DNA of 64,000 bases from assembly GCA_963707985.1 (NCBI GenBank), contig CAVPRW010000027.1, positions 64,001 through 128,000 on the forward strand, given 5' to 3'. A program made the position numbers and the translations under genes. The stretch comes from an uncultured Nitrospinota bacterium. Lineage in GTDB: Bacteria > Tectomicrobia > Entotheonellia > J063 > CAVPRW01. The notes under the pieces are model-generated. The model was not told the DNA's origin, did not search any database, and worked only from the letters and a program-made list of their open reading frames with translations. Positions 9,152 to 20,157 of the stretch are shown here, one piece after another. Position 1 is the stretch's first letter, and each line of letters starts with the position of its first letter.

Positions 9152-10324
9152 TTACTTATTCCAGGGGTGCTTGGCAATTTCTCGTTCGTTCAGGTCGGCC
9201 CCCCACCCTGGGCGCGTGGGAATTCGTAGGTAGCCGTCTTTGATGTCCAGGGGGTCGGTGATGAGGTCGTCTTTCCACGGCACGTCGTCGATATCGATCT
9301 CCATGATGCGCACATTGGGCAGAACCGCACACAGATGCGCACTCATCAATGTCGACAGATGGCTGTAGTAATTGTGTGGCGCCACATTGAGCTCATACGT
9401 CTCGGCCAAGTCTCCAACTTTCTTGGATTGCGTGAAGCCATTCCATGGCACGTCGATCATGGCCACGTCGAGGGCGTGCTTCTCGAAATAGGGACGATAG
9501 CCGCGCAGGGTGTAGAAGTTCTCACCAGTGCAGATGCGCGTGGTGGTGGACTGCTTGATCTGCAGGAGCGCATCTGGGTCGTACATATCGATTTCCAGCC
9601 ACAGCAGGTTGAACGGTTCAACCGCCTTGGCGATGCGCAGACACGCCTCAGTCTTGAAGTTGAAGTTCAGGTCCAGGCAAATATCGACGTCTGAGCCGAC
9701 GGCCCCACGGAAGGTGCCGATGAGATTCTCGATGGTGCGAATGACCGGGGTGGTGACCACCTGATCGGTGGTCCCCCCGCCGCCGCCGAAGCCTGGCATA
9801 TAGACCTGCGCCGGGTCTCCTGGGATCACGATGTTGGTCTTGAGGGCCGTGAAGCCTCGGCTGACCACTTCGCGTCCCAGGTTGGCGATATCCTCCAGCG
9901 AGAGCAGCGGCGGCGTGCCAAGGGCCTTGCCGTAGCGCGCTCGTGTCGTGCCGCAATGCGACCAGTACAGACGTACCTGATCACGCGTAGGGCCACCGAA
10001 CAGTTCGTACACCGGGACGCCCAGAGCTTTGGCTTTGATATCCCACAGGGCACAATCGATGCCCGCCATCGCCTTCGCCGCGATGCCGCCCGGACTCTGG
10101 CGCGTGGCGCGATACATGTCCCAGTAGAGTTTCTCGATGGGACGTGGGTCCTGACCCAGCAGCAACGATTTGAGGTCTTCGACACAGCCGGCGATGGCGC
10201 GTGGTGTTCGGTTGTCGCTGCATTCGCCGTAGCCAGTCAGGCCATCGTCGGTCTGGATTTTGACGAAGGTCCAGGGCCGCCAACCGGCATCGCAAATCAT
10301 GGCTTCCACATGAGTAATTTTCAC
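9152..10324 (-). CDS. Mandelate racemase/muconate lactonizing enzyme family protein
   Basis: GIDCALWDIKAKALGVPVYELFGG, TALKTN, GENFY, PHN, RPGWG. Confidence 0.92.
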   Translation of the reverse strand: MKITHVEAMICDAGWRPWTFVKIQTDDGLTGYGECSDNRTPRAIAGCVEDLKSLLLGQDPRPIEKLYWDMYRATRQSPGGIAAKAMAGIDCALWDIKAKALGVPVYELFGGPTRDQVRLYWSHCGTTRARYGKALGTPPLLSLEDIANLGREVVSRGFTALKTNIVIPGDPAQVYMPGFGGGGGTTDQVVTTPVIRTIENLIGTFRGAVGSDVDICLDLNFNFKTEACLRIAKAVEPFNLLWLEIDMYDPDALLQIKQSTTTRICTGENFYTLRGYRPYFEKHALDVAMIDVPWNGFTQSKKVGDLAETYELNVAPHNYYSHLSTLMSAHLCAVLPNVRIMEIDIDDVPWKDDLITDPLDIKDGYLRIPTRPGWGADLNEREIAKHPWNK

Positions 10325-10463
10325 GGCATCCTCCTCGATTCAGAACGACTTCACCATCACTATCAAGAGTGGCCAGGATTCCGGTTACTTTGACGATGCC
10401 AAGGCACCGGGGGCCGTTGCGCCGCCCCTCTCGTCACAATGACGTGCGGGCGATCGGAGTCGG

Positions 10464-12372
10464 TCAAGTCACGCCTAGTGCGAACCACCCCGCCCAGCCG
10501 GCCGCGCCGTCCCACCAGGTGCTGTAGACCAGGCCGTCCGAGCCCACGGTAAACAGGTCGATGTGCTCGGTGAACCGAGAGATCGCTGCCACCTGCCCAC
10601 CCGCCTGGCCGACACCGCCCGACACGTTGAACCAGCCGGCCCAATTACCCCCCTCGTGCCACCATGTACTGTAGATCCGATTGTTGGTGCCTATTGTAAA
10701 CAAGTCGAGATGGTTCGAGTAGCGGGCAATCGCCGTGACGGGTGAGCCAGGCGAAGCAACCCCACCGGACACCTGAAACCAGTTGCCCCAGCCAGTCCGA
10801 GCATTCCACCAGGTGGACATGATCCGCCCGTCGGCCGCCGTGGTGAACAGGTCGAGCTGGTCGGGGAACCGCGCCACCACGCTCACCGTGGCGTCCGAGC
10901 GGCATTGCAGGTTGCCGATGGCGAACCAATTGTGCCAGCCACTGCGCTCGTCCCACCACGAACTGTATGGCCAGTTGTCAGTCCCAACCGTGAACAGGTC
11001 GAGGTGAAACGGGTAGCGGGCCACGACGGTGACTGTGGCCCCGGCGGCCGCCACCCCGCCCTGAACCTGGAACCATGACGCCCAGCCGGTCTGGGCATTC
11101 CACCAGGTGGACATGATCCGCCCGTCGGCTGCCGTCGTGAACAGATCGAGGTGGTCACTGTACCGCGACACGACATTAACCGTGGATCCGGGCCGGCATT
11201 GCATGGTTACCGATGGGGAACCAGGCGTGCCAACCGCTGCTGCTATCCCACCAGGAACTATACACACGGTTGTCCGTGCCGACGGTGAACAGATCGAGAT
11301 GGCCGGCGTAGCGGGCCACCGCCGTAATCGGTGAGCCCACGCCACCGGGTGAGGTGATTCCGCCTTGCACGTGGAACCACCCCGCCCAACCGCTCGATTG
11401 GTCCCACCAGTTGCTCATCGTACGACCATCCGAGGCGACGGCGAACACGTCGAGGTGCTCAGGGAAGCGAGCCATCACGGTCATTGGCGTGCGGGCGCGG
11501 GCCGGTAGGGAGGCTAGTGGACTGATGCGATTCCAGATCACCTGGCGGCAGATCCGGCAGAACGGGACCCCAAGCGCACGCATCTTGCAATCGTATTCGG
11601 GCCGGTAAGCACCACAATGGTAGTAGTGTGCCCCTTCGAAGAGCCCGACTGTACCGGTTGGAACCGGACTAGGCCGATTATCGACCTGGCTGCAGTTCGG
11701 GTTGCTCATCGTCGGGATCGCCGTCACTGACGCGACCGCCCAACGCCACTTCAAGGTGTTCCGGTCGGAATTGGTCGTCACATTGGGTTCGGACGGCTCG
11801 CCCGCAGGGTGGTGGTCATGGCCGGTCTCATTGCCACCGGCGTAGTACGGGTACTCGTCGGCAAGCCCGAAAGCGGTATGCCCCATCTCATGGATGGCAA
11901 TTTCAGTGGCCCCTGCCGCCAGCGAGTACGTACCGACGCCCCCACCGCTGCCGCCATAAATCGTGGAGTTGACCACAACAAGCACCACGGTGAACTCCGG
12001 AACCTGGGTGGCGGCCACCTGCAGCGCAGTGGTCATGTTGCAGACCAACAACCGACGGATGTTGTTGGCGCCGAAGGTAGCGTCGAAGTAGGTGCGAACA
12101 GAGGCGCCAGTCCCGCCGCCGGCGACGGGGTCGTCAGCGCCGGCATCGGTTGAGCTGACGTTGACTCGGAACACGTTGATGGCCGGGCTCAGCTCATCGA
12201 ACGGCGGCGTGGCCCGGAAGGCATTGACGAACGCCGTACAAGCGTTATTGAAGTCGTTCTGCTGGGCTGCGGTAAAGCCTTCGGCCAAGAGCACGACGTT
12301 GAACGCCCGGTTGCGGGGCGCAGTGCCGAAGATCTGGGTGGAACCGAGCACAGAGCCATCTGCGGTCGACAT
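10464..12372 (-). CDS. M64 (IgA peptidase-like) metallopeptidase fused to a 7-repeat PLL-like lectin beta-propeller; +1 frameshift near 11205
   Basis: NVVLLAEGFT, YGGSGG, HEMGHTAFGLADEY and YRP..CKMR...FC..C, then seven repeats of HLDLFT..DG...S.WW....GW..WF. An extra A appears in ggtaaccAtgcaatgc compared with the paralogous repeat ggcaacctgcaatgc. Confidence 0.82.
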
Positions 12373-12387
12373 GGCCGATCTCCCTCA

Positions 12388-12843
12388 TCAGCGGCTGATC
12401 TGCAGTGGGAAGCTGGCGAGTTCGGTGACCTCAGGGCTGCCAGGCACCGCACTGGTCGCGCGGCTGGATGGCAGCAGTGCCTCGGGTGTGGCCGGCGCCA
12501 CGTGCACAACGGCGACATGGTCGGCGCCCTCCGGCACCGGAACGACAACGGTAAAAGCGCCCCGTAGTCTCGCCCCATCTACCCGAGTGATCGGTTCGTC
12601 GGACCGCTCAGGGAACACCTCAGCACTGCCGGACATCGCATCGCGGGCGGGGACCCGAGCCAAGGTCCGCCCATCCGCAGCACGGGTATCGATGTAGTAA
12701 CCGGGGTGTTGGGCACGGGCGATATCAAAGCCAGTGATCGCAACGTCCACCGGCTGCTGGCTGACCAAACGCACTTGCTGACCCTCGTACTCAAAAATCA
12801 GGCGCACCGCGAGGGTTGGCATGGGTTGACTGGTATCGTTCAT
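12388..12843 (-). CDS. Hypothetical protein, putative partner of the M64 peptidase
   Basis: AGGAGG RBS before ATG 12843; ends 15 nt before the peptidase start. Confidence 0.7.
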   Translation of the reverse strand: MNDTSQPMPTLAVRLIFEYEGQQVRLVSQQPVDVAITGFDIARAQHPGYYIDTRAADGRTLARVPARDAMSGSAEVFPERSDEPITRVDGARLRGAFTVVVPVPEGADHVAVVHVAPATPEALLPSSRATSAVPGSPEVTELASFPLQISR

Positions 12844-13067
12844 AAGGACCTCCTGTTCGTCCCGCGAAGGCAGAATACGGTTCCAGTGATCTGCGCTTTC
12901 CAGTGCATAAGGACTTAGGATAAGAAAAAAAAGCAACAATATCGGCTCAATCCACTTAGCACAAAGGGACAGACGATTATTCAATGCTAGGGTATAGTGG
13001 TTAAGCACACTCATTCAGCTACCATCGCCGGATCTGCCCTAGCGTGTTGTCGGAGGGCATTGCAGAC

Positions 13068-13180
13068 GGCTCATGTTGTGTTTCAGGGTCGTATTTGACC
13101 AGCAACTCAAGCACCACATGAAGCAAGGCCTTGCCTCGCTTCCCAACAAGATTGACAAACTCGCGAAACACACCACGGAG
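13068..13180 (-). mobile_element. IS1595-like transposase C-terminal remnant and terminus
   Basis: VFREFVNLVGKRGKALLHVVLELLVKYDPETQHEP resembles the IS1595-type tail FFEFVHNVRKRGKALL...; it ends at GGCTCATGTTG. Confidence 0.5.
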
Positions 13181-13188
13181 CGGTGACC

Positions 13189-14571
13189 TCACACGACCGG
13201 CCACCGTGGCAGAAAATGCACGCCTGTGCGGGCCAACAGTCGCTCCCCAATCTCCTGGACTTTCTGGATGAGCTGCCATTCATCGACGTACAGCGGCGTA
13301 TAGTCCTGCACCACCACCCTGCCATCGACGATGACGGTATGCACGCTGCGGCCATCGGCGTTATACACCAGGGTATTGACCGGGTTGAAGAGGTTGCGCC
13401 ATTCCGGACGCTTGGTATCGAATAGCACGAGATCGGCCTTTTTCCCCACCTCGATGGAGCCCAGATCCTGATCGAGGCCGAGGGCCTTGACGCCGTTGAG
13501 CGTGGCCATTTCCAGAGCCGTCTCGGCCGGTACGATGCTGGTGCTGCGCCGGGCGTCTTTGTAGAGCACCGCCGCGAGATACATCGAGCGCTGGGTTTCG
13601 AGCAGATTCGAATTGTTGCCGGCATCCGTGCCGAGGCTCACGGCGATGCCCTTCTGCAGCATTTCCGGCAGTTTTCCCTGGCTACTCGTCCCCCGGCCCA
13701 TCTTGAGAGCCGCCGTTGGCACCATCACCGCCTTCGTGTGCGTCCGGGCCATGACCTCGACTTCGTTGTCATCAAGCCCAACCAGATGCGCTAGCAGCAC
13801 GTTTGGCCCGAGCACGCCGATACTCTCCAGGTACTCGATGGGGCGCTTGCCGTATTGCTCCAGGGCGGCTTTGACACCGGGCGGATCATTACTCTGATGC
13901 AGGGTCATGCCGGTCTGATAGGCGTCCGCCAGGCGTTTGGCGGCCACCAACAGCTCCTCCGTGGCGTAGTCGGCAGCGAAGGGCATGGCCCAGGCGCGTA
14001 CCCGGTCGTTGAGGCGATGATCATAGGTCTTGATGGTTTTCTCCATCGTGTCGATGGCGTCCTGTGTGCTGGTCACCGGGATGTTGATCGGATTAGGCTG
14101 ATCGACCACCTGGGCGCCGACGACGATGCGGCATCCTGTTTCTTCGTAGGCCTGCATACAAGTGTCGAGGAACTTGGTGCTGCCGGGATCGAGGAAGCAG
14201 GTGGTCCCATACTTCAGGAGCTCGGTAATGCCCAGAAGCGAGGTGTAATACTCATCTTCCTCGGTCATTGCCCCCTGCAATTTGAAGACATTAGCCAGAT
14301 AAACACCGGGGTTGAGATCGTCGGGGAAAATCCCGCGGACGGCATGGGCATAACTGATGTGCATGTGATTGTTGCAGAAGCCCGGGGTGACCACCATCTC
14401 CCGCGCATCGATGACTTGGTCGGCCGACAGGCCAGTAAGCTCGGCAGCCTTCCCCACGCGAGTGATGCGTTGGCCCTCAATCAGGATGGATCCATCCTGG
14501 ATGATGCGCCGCGACGCATCTATGGTGATGAGAAACCGTGCGCCTTCGATTTTGAGCGTCGGTCCTGGCAT
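13189..14571 (-). CDS. Amidohydrolase (MtaD/TrzA-like deaminase)
   Basis: PGFCNNHMH, LKYGTT, LAHLV, GTDA, GSIEVGKKADLV. Confidence 0.9.
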   Translation of the reverse strand: MPGPTLKIEGARFLITIDASRRIIQDGSILIEGQRITRVGKAAELTGLSADQVIDAREMVVTPGFCNNHMHISYAHAVRGIFPDDLNPGVYLANVFKLQGAMTEEDEYYTSLLGITELLKYGTTCFLDPGSTKFLDTCMQAYEETGCRIVVGAQVVDQPNPINIPVTSTQDAIDTMEKTIKTYDHRLNDRVRAWAMPFAADYATEELLVAAKRLADAYQTGMTLHQSNDPPGVKAALEQYGKRPIEYLESIGVLGPNVLLAHLVGLDDNEVEVMARTHTKAVMVPTAALKMGRGTSSQGKLPEMLQKGIAVSLGTDAGNNSNLLETQRSMYLAAVLYKDARRSTSIVPAETALEMATLNGVKALGLDQDLGSIEVGKKADLVLFDTKRPEWRNLFNPVNTLVYNADGRSVHTVIVDGRVVVQDYTPLYVDEWQLIQKVQEIGERLLARTGVHFLPRWPVV

Positions 14572-14577
14572 GGTCTG

Positions 14578-14822
14578 CACACCTCCTTGAGCCACAACAC
14601 CCCCACGGGAGCGATCAAGGCGGTACCGAGGCCAGACCACACGGCATCAGCCACACTCACCTCGATGCGTGTGAACGCCAGGGTCAGCGCGCTGAGGCTC
14701 AGTTCGTGAACATAGAAACATCAGCACGAAGGGCAACACCTTGGTAATGCCTTGCGGCAGCTTCCTCGCGGTCGTACCCGAGACCTCAAGCACGATCGCC
14801 AGCACGAGAGAGAGCCCACTCC
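14578..14822 (-). pseudogene. SMR/DMT small multidrug transporter remnant
   Basis: LAIVLEVSGTTARKLPQGITK, then a frameshift to LSLSALTLAFTRIEVSVADAVWSGLGTALIAPVGVLWLKE. No start codon and the C-terminus is lost. Confidence 0.7.
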
Positions 14823-14825
14823 TCG

Positions 14826-15797
14826 TCAATCTCCGTCCTCCAGCCCAGACGAGGCCTTCACGGCTGCGGCGAGGTGAGGGACGATGTCCTGGGCGAGCAC
14901 CTCCAGATGTTCCATGTGGTCGAAGGCCGAGTTCAACAGCAAATGCTCGGCGCCTGAGGCCACAAGCTCCGCCAGACGCTCCACGCACTCCTGCACACCC
15001 CCCCAGATGGCCACGCGCGACGCCATGTCGGCATTCCGATAGCGTAGCCCAAACCAGGTCCGCAGGCGTGCCTCGGCACGGGATTTATCGGCATCGACGG
15101 CGATATAGACACGCTTGGAGATGCAGAAGGTCGTGGGGTCTCGTTTGGCGTCGTCGAGCAAGCCGCGGATGGTCACTACCTGAGCCTTGAAGTCGGCGTT
15201 GGAGGATGATCCCGCCCCCATCCAGCCGTTGCCCAGTCGCACCGCACGGCGCAGTGCTGCAGGCTCTCGCGCGCCGAACCAGAGCGGCGGGTGTGGCTGC
15301 TGCACTGGCTTGGGCTCCTGAGAGATGCCGGCAAGTGTCCAATACTCCCCGGCAAACGTGGCCGTCGGCTGGGTCCACAGAGCCTTCATCACCTCGATCC
15401 CCTCAACGAAGCGGCGTACCCGGCGCTCCAGGGGGATGCCGAAGGCCGCGTCTTCAGGTCGCTGATTCCCTATGCCCACCCCCACGGTCAAGCGACCCTG
15501 GCTGAGCTGGTCGAGCGACGTCAAACTCTTGGCCAACTGGATGGGATTACGTAAGACAGTTAGCAGCACCGAGGTCCCCAGCCGTATTGTTCGCGTCAAG
15601 GCTGCCGCATAGCTGAGCAGGGTTAACGGTTCGAGAATCGGCACCGCGCCGACGATTTGTTCTTGGACCCAGGCGCTCTCATAGCCCAGGGCCTCAGCGC
15701 GCGTCAGAAACGTGTGCAGTCGTGTAGTCTCGAGTGGTCCGTCGAGAAAATCCTGCGGAATCGCGATGCCACAGCGGATCACCTTAGCAGTTGCCAT
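14826..15797 (-). CDS. LLM-class flavin-dependent oxidoreductase
   Basis: AEALGYESAWVQE, IRLGTSV, LDQLSQGRL, PKPVQQPHPPLWFG. Confidence 0.92.
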   Translation of the reverse strand: MATAKVIRCGIAIPQDFLDGPLETTRLHTFLTRAEALGYESAWVQEQIVGAVPILEPLTLLSYAAALTRTIRLGTSVLLTVLRNPIQLAKSLTSLDQLSQGRLTVGVGIGNQRPEDAAFGIPLERRVRRFVEGIEVMKALWTQPTATFAGEYWTLAGISQEPKPVQQPHPPLWFGAREPAALRRAVRLGNGWMGAGSSSNADFKAQVVTIRGLLDDAKRDPTTFCISKRVYIAVDADKSRAEARLRTWFGLRYRNADMASRVAIWGGVQECVERLAELVASGAEHLLLNSAFDHMEHLEVLAQDIVPHLAAAVKASSGLEDGD

Positions 15798-15842
15798 GAC
15801 GAACTCTCCTCGGCCATCCCTTCTGTGCGAACATCTACAGCC

Positions 15843-17127
15843 TCACACCCATAACGCCGGATCGGTCAGAGCCGCCGCGACAGCTTTCGGGTCCATGCCG
15901 TGGGCACGGATGAATGGTTCGGCGTCGGCAATAACTTTGTCAACATCTTGATAGAGTTTATAGCGTTGGAAGCGGTCTTCGTGTGGTTCTAACCCAAGGG
16001 CTTCAGCGACGACCGAGGTAAAATTCTTCACCTCGAACGGGTAGCGCCCCTGCGCATCGCAGAGCACTCGATGGCATCCGTGATACACGAGCACCAGCAG
16101 CTCAACACCCGCCGCTTGGGCTGATTCGAGAAGATGTTGGTGGACATCCTCCTGGGCCAGAGGAACCAGTCCCAGACTCCCCCCACCGCAGGTATAGCCG
16201 GGTTCGGCGAGTTGGTCGATCTCCACCCACTCGATCCCTGGGATCGCCTGCAATAACCGGCGTACGTTGTCGTTCGTGCCACTGATCCCATTATGCTCAT
16301 GCAGAGCCACGCGTTTAGGGATCGCGCGCACGAAGCGCGATCGCAAATCGTCCAAACGATCGGCGAGAAACTGGGTGATATGCTCAAGCGTATAAGGTAA
16401 CTCAGTGGCACCAGCGGTCGTCTCGCCCAAATGCAGCTGGCAGGAGGGACACCAGGTCAGTACGTGTTGCGGTCGAAATTCGGCAAAGCGTCCGAGCGTG
16501 TGGCTTTCGATACGGTCGCTGCCGTCGAGGTCGCCCTGGGTGCGGAAGTGCACAATCCCACAGCAATGATTGACGCCGCCCAGCACCTCGTAATCCAGCT
16601 CCATCGCCTCAAGAATATCCATGACATTAAACACGATGTGCGGCGTGCGCAGAACATTGCAGCCAAGATAGAAGACGACATCAGCGCGCGATTTCATCGT
16701 CGGAGAGAGACCAGTGAGGCGACGATACTGCTCTGGCGTCATCTGTGTGCCGGCGAGGAGGCGGATGGATTGAGCCATGCGCTTGAAGTAGGTCTCGCTC
16801 GATGGTTGTTGCAGGCGCTCCTGATGCTTCAGTGTGTGCTTGGCCAGATTGAGCATTTTGCGAGGATTGATCCCTTCCGGACAGGCCGGGATACAGGATC
16901 CGCTCGCCGTACACACCTGGGCCCAGTGTCGAGCTTCATCATGGCCATGAGCGCCGCGCAGGATGTCCAGGATGCCGCCAACGACATGCGTCGAGTCGGC
17001 GCCTTGCAAATTGCCATACGACAGCATCGGACAGACGTCGACACACTTCCCGCAGGTCGTGCAGTCTTGCAAAATCGCCTGGGTTGTCGGATTCGATGTA
17101 GGCCTGTAAGAACAACTGACTCATCAT
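15843..17127 (-). CDS. Fe-S oxidoreductase with two CCG domains (GlpC/HdrD-like); +1 frameshift near 17090
   Basis: CTTCGKCVDVCP, CTASGSCIPACP, CCG, CPSC, CGG. AAGGAG RBS and ATG at 17127; removing one base gives MSQLFLQAYIESTTQAILQDC. Confidence 0.85.
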
Positions 17128-18274
17128 CCAACTCCTTGAAGTCATATGTGTTTCGAACGTGCGCATCCGTGTGCGATGCCTACGGTCGGGTTGTCAGGGG
17201 TGATTGTACTGAACACCACCAACGGCGGCAATGAAATAATCTTTCTGAACAGGACCACCGACAAGCGTACGCTGTTTGACACGCAGGTATGGCCTATTTA
17301 CACTGTGCTGCGCGAAGCTTGGGACCCATGGCGTAGATCACGCGGTGTCGTGAGCGCACACCAGCCTCCTTCCTTCCTACCATGGCGCATTCGATGGCCC
17401 AACGCCCACCTGTTCTGACCGCAGAGGCCTGCATGCATGGGCTGTCGAGCGCCGCGAAGAAGCGCGAGCGGGCCACTTTGTTCGATGGCTAGCCGGCAAT
17501 GCAACGCGCGGCCATGGCCAAGCCCCGGGCGACGGACCGGTCAAGTCCTGCGACCTCGGCTGAGGCGCGCAACCGCTGTTTGCAGCGTCGTGACACGCGC
17601 GGGGTGCAAGGTGGCCGCGCCCCCCCATCCCCCAATGGGATAGCGGGAGGGCCGCGGCAGCATCGCCCCCTGCCCGGTGGGCCACACGGGGCTACGGGGC
17701 AGGACCGCCAGGCCGGGAGGACCGACGCGACTTGGCACACCCAAGCCTGAGGGAGGTTTCCCTATCACGGAGAGCGGTGGTTGGGCCTCAACGTTTCGAC
17801 AAGCCCCCTAGCATGGCCACACCTGGGGCAGCGGACAGTCATCGTTGCCGGTGTCGAATCGGCATCATACCCTTGACGGGGTCTGGGGGGCTCCGGGATC
17901 CGCGGAGCTCTCGCACCGTTTGGAGTGCATCGCGGTTTCCAGGGCCCAACAGGCCGTCATACTTGACCTTGACAACATGGGCAGGCAGGCCACACAGCAA
18001 CAACCGGCGGATGAATTCCTCGGGACTGAGGGGGCCGAGCTTGGCTTACTCGGTCTGGGAAGCGGTGTCGTGGAAGGTACCCTGACCATCTTCACGTGTG
18101 AGCATGTCGTATGTCAATCATCGCCACCTCCACTTCAAACCTCACCACGACATTTAGCCCATCCACACGGGCGTCGTAAGATTCCATCTCGTCCGCCCAT
18201 CACCGATGGCGAGAATCTGCAATACATGCACGGCATGGCCTGATGCCTGCGAAGCCAAAGAACCTCCTGGACGC

Positions 18275-19578
18275 TCAACGTGGGTCCAGGCCGCGTCCGG
18301 CTTTGAAAGCGGCCAGGCTGCTGCCCTTCTGGGAGGGCGGCAGGCTATTATTGAGCTCCTCCACGGCAATTGCTCCCGACCGTAAGACGGTTCGGAGCGC
18401 ATAGGCCCACATGGCGAGGGTGATATGGCGGTACCAGCCCGTCCAACTGCGCACCTCGTAGTCATCCAGGCCGACTTCCCTCTTGGCAGCTTCAACGCTG
18501 CCCTCCATAGTCCACCGACTGCCTGCAACCCGCACCACCTCGTCCAGCCGGGTTTCATGGGGGGCAAAAACCGCGTAGGGCATCACCTTCTGTGGGTCGC
18601 TGACACACCGGCGCACTAGTAGCCAGCGGCGCCATCGGGGGTCCTTGGGATCCTCCAGAGGCATCCGGCGCCAGTCATGCCATCGGGATACCGTTGTCTC
18701 ATCCTGCGCGCATAGCCGGCTCCCCCCCTCTTCTGGCAAGGCGGCCACGAGCGTGTTGACCTGCCGTGGCTGCCCGCCTAGCCGAAGGTGTACCTTACCC
18801 GAAACGGCCAGCACATAGGCGAGAGGTAGGGCTTCCAACCAGGCGCGCAGCCGTCGGTCATCCCCATAGACGCTGTCACTGGTGACCCATCTAGCGGGCA
18901 CGCGGGCCGCCAGCGCTCGCTGCAGCATGTGCTGGGCCAGTTGTGGCTTGGTCGCAAACCGACGGTCGTGCGGAATGCCAGCCTGCCGCCGGCGAGCGGG
19001 ATCGTCGGTCCAAGCCTCAGGCAAATAGAGCTCACGATCCAGCAAGGCGTGGCCCAGTCGACCGGCATACCCCAAAAAGACGCCGATCTGGCAGTTTTCA
19101 AGGCGGCCGGCTGTGGGGCTATATTGGCGAGCGACACCGACCGAGTGCTGCCCTTTTTTCAAAAAGTCGGTCTCTTCAATGACCAACACCGCGTGCGGAT
19201 CTCCTAGATGCTGGACCACATAGGTGCGCAATTCATCGCGGACCGCATCAGGGTCCCATAGCGCCCGACGCAGCAGGTGCTGAAAGCCATAGGGTGTGGT
19301 GTCGCCGCTCACCTCAGCCAATTGCCAGCTGTTCTTACGCTCGACAGAGCTGAGCAAGCCGCGCACGTACGCCACCGCCCGCTGCCGCGGCTCGGCACGC
19401 TCGAAGTAGGGTGCCAGGCGGCGCTCGATATCGGCCATGTGAGCCGCTCCCGACCGGCCCCGCGCCATGTCCTGATCCGCGGATGGCTCACCTGGTTCCA
19501 TCGTGGACATGATGCGGCCTCCTTTCAGCAGGATGTGTAAAGATATGATACCAAGATGGCGGCATAATTACAATTGTA
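18275..19578 (-). mobile_element. IS701-family transposase (ORF 18275-19510), probably degenerate
   Basis: VERKNSWQLAE, KKGQHSVGVARQY, NCQIGVFL, DRELYLP, GLDDYEVRSWTGWYRHITL. Candidate terminus CTACAATTGTAATTA upstream of the start. Confidence 0.88.
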
Positions 19579-19591
19579 GCGATACTGGGTT

Positions 19592-20020
19592 ATGGCAGAA
19601 GGACTCGTGACGGGAGTCCAGCGTGCGGTGGACGGATGTTACGAGCCTCGGTTTATGATCCCCTCCAGGTGTTCTTTGGATCCTTTCAGCTTGACATTGA
19701 TTGCCTATTCCGAGGCGGTGGCCGATAATCTGGGGAAAGTAGGGGTCCGGGCCAAGATCACCCCCTTGGATCGGGCCGCGCTGTCCACTAAACGCCAGGC
19801 CAAGGCCCTCGCTGGAGACCTATGGCCATGGAGCACTCCGAACCGCAGCCTGGCCATTCACATCGTCATCATGCACACCCTGCATCACTCACAGGCCCCG
19901 TTCACCTCGACGGCCGACGGCAAGATTCACACGAATGACGCCGTGAACCAGAAGATCGCCCGGTGGGATCTCGGGAGGAACCTGTATGACAACAATCCGT
20001 GCTATATTATTCGACGATAG
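19592..20020 (+). pseudogene. C-terminal fragment of a family-5 ABC substrate-binding protein
   Basis: YSEAVADNLGKVGVRAKITPLDRAAL...; truncated beside the IS701. Confidence 0.45.
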
Positions 20021-20157
20021 CCTGCACAGCCGCCGCTCATGGTAACCTCTTGTCATCCCGCGCCCGTGGATGGCATGCGGCAGGAGGGGAGACCGGGGTG
20101 AGCACGAGGTGAACCGGCGGGCTTGTTGACGTTCACCTTTGCGACAGGAGTGGCAAT

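Noticed and set aside
10464..11500. Repeated DNA blocks as a CRISPR array or DGR template/variable repeats
   Set aside because: They are coding propeller repeats; differences are not adenine-specific and no reverse transcriptase or cas gene is present.
12844..13014. N-terminal extension with a signal-peptide-like stretch on the 12388-13014 ORF
   Set aside because: The stretch is AT-rich and promoter-like, and the strong RBS sits at ATG 12843. Not fully excluded.
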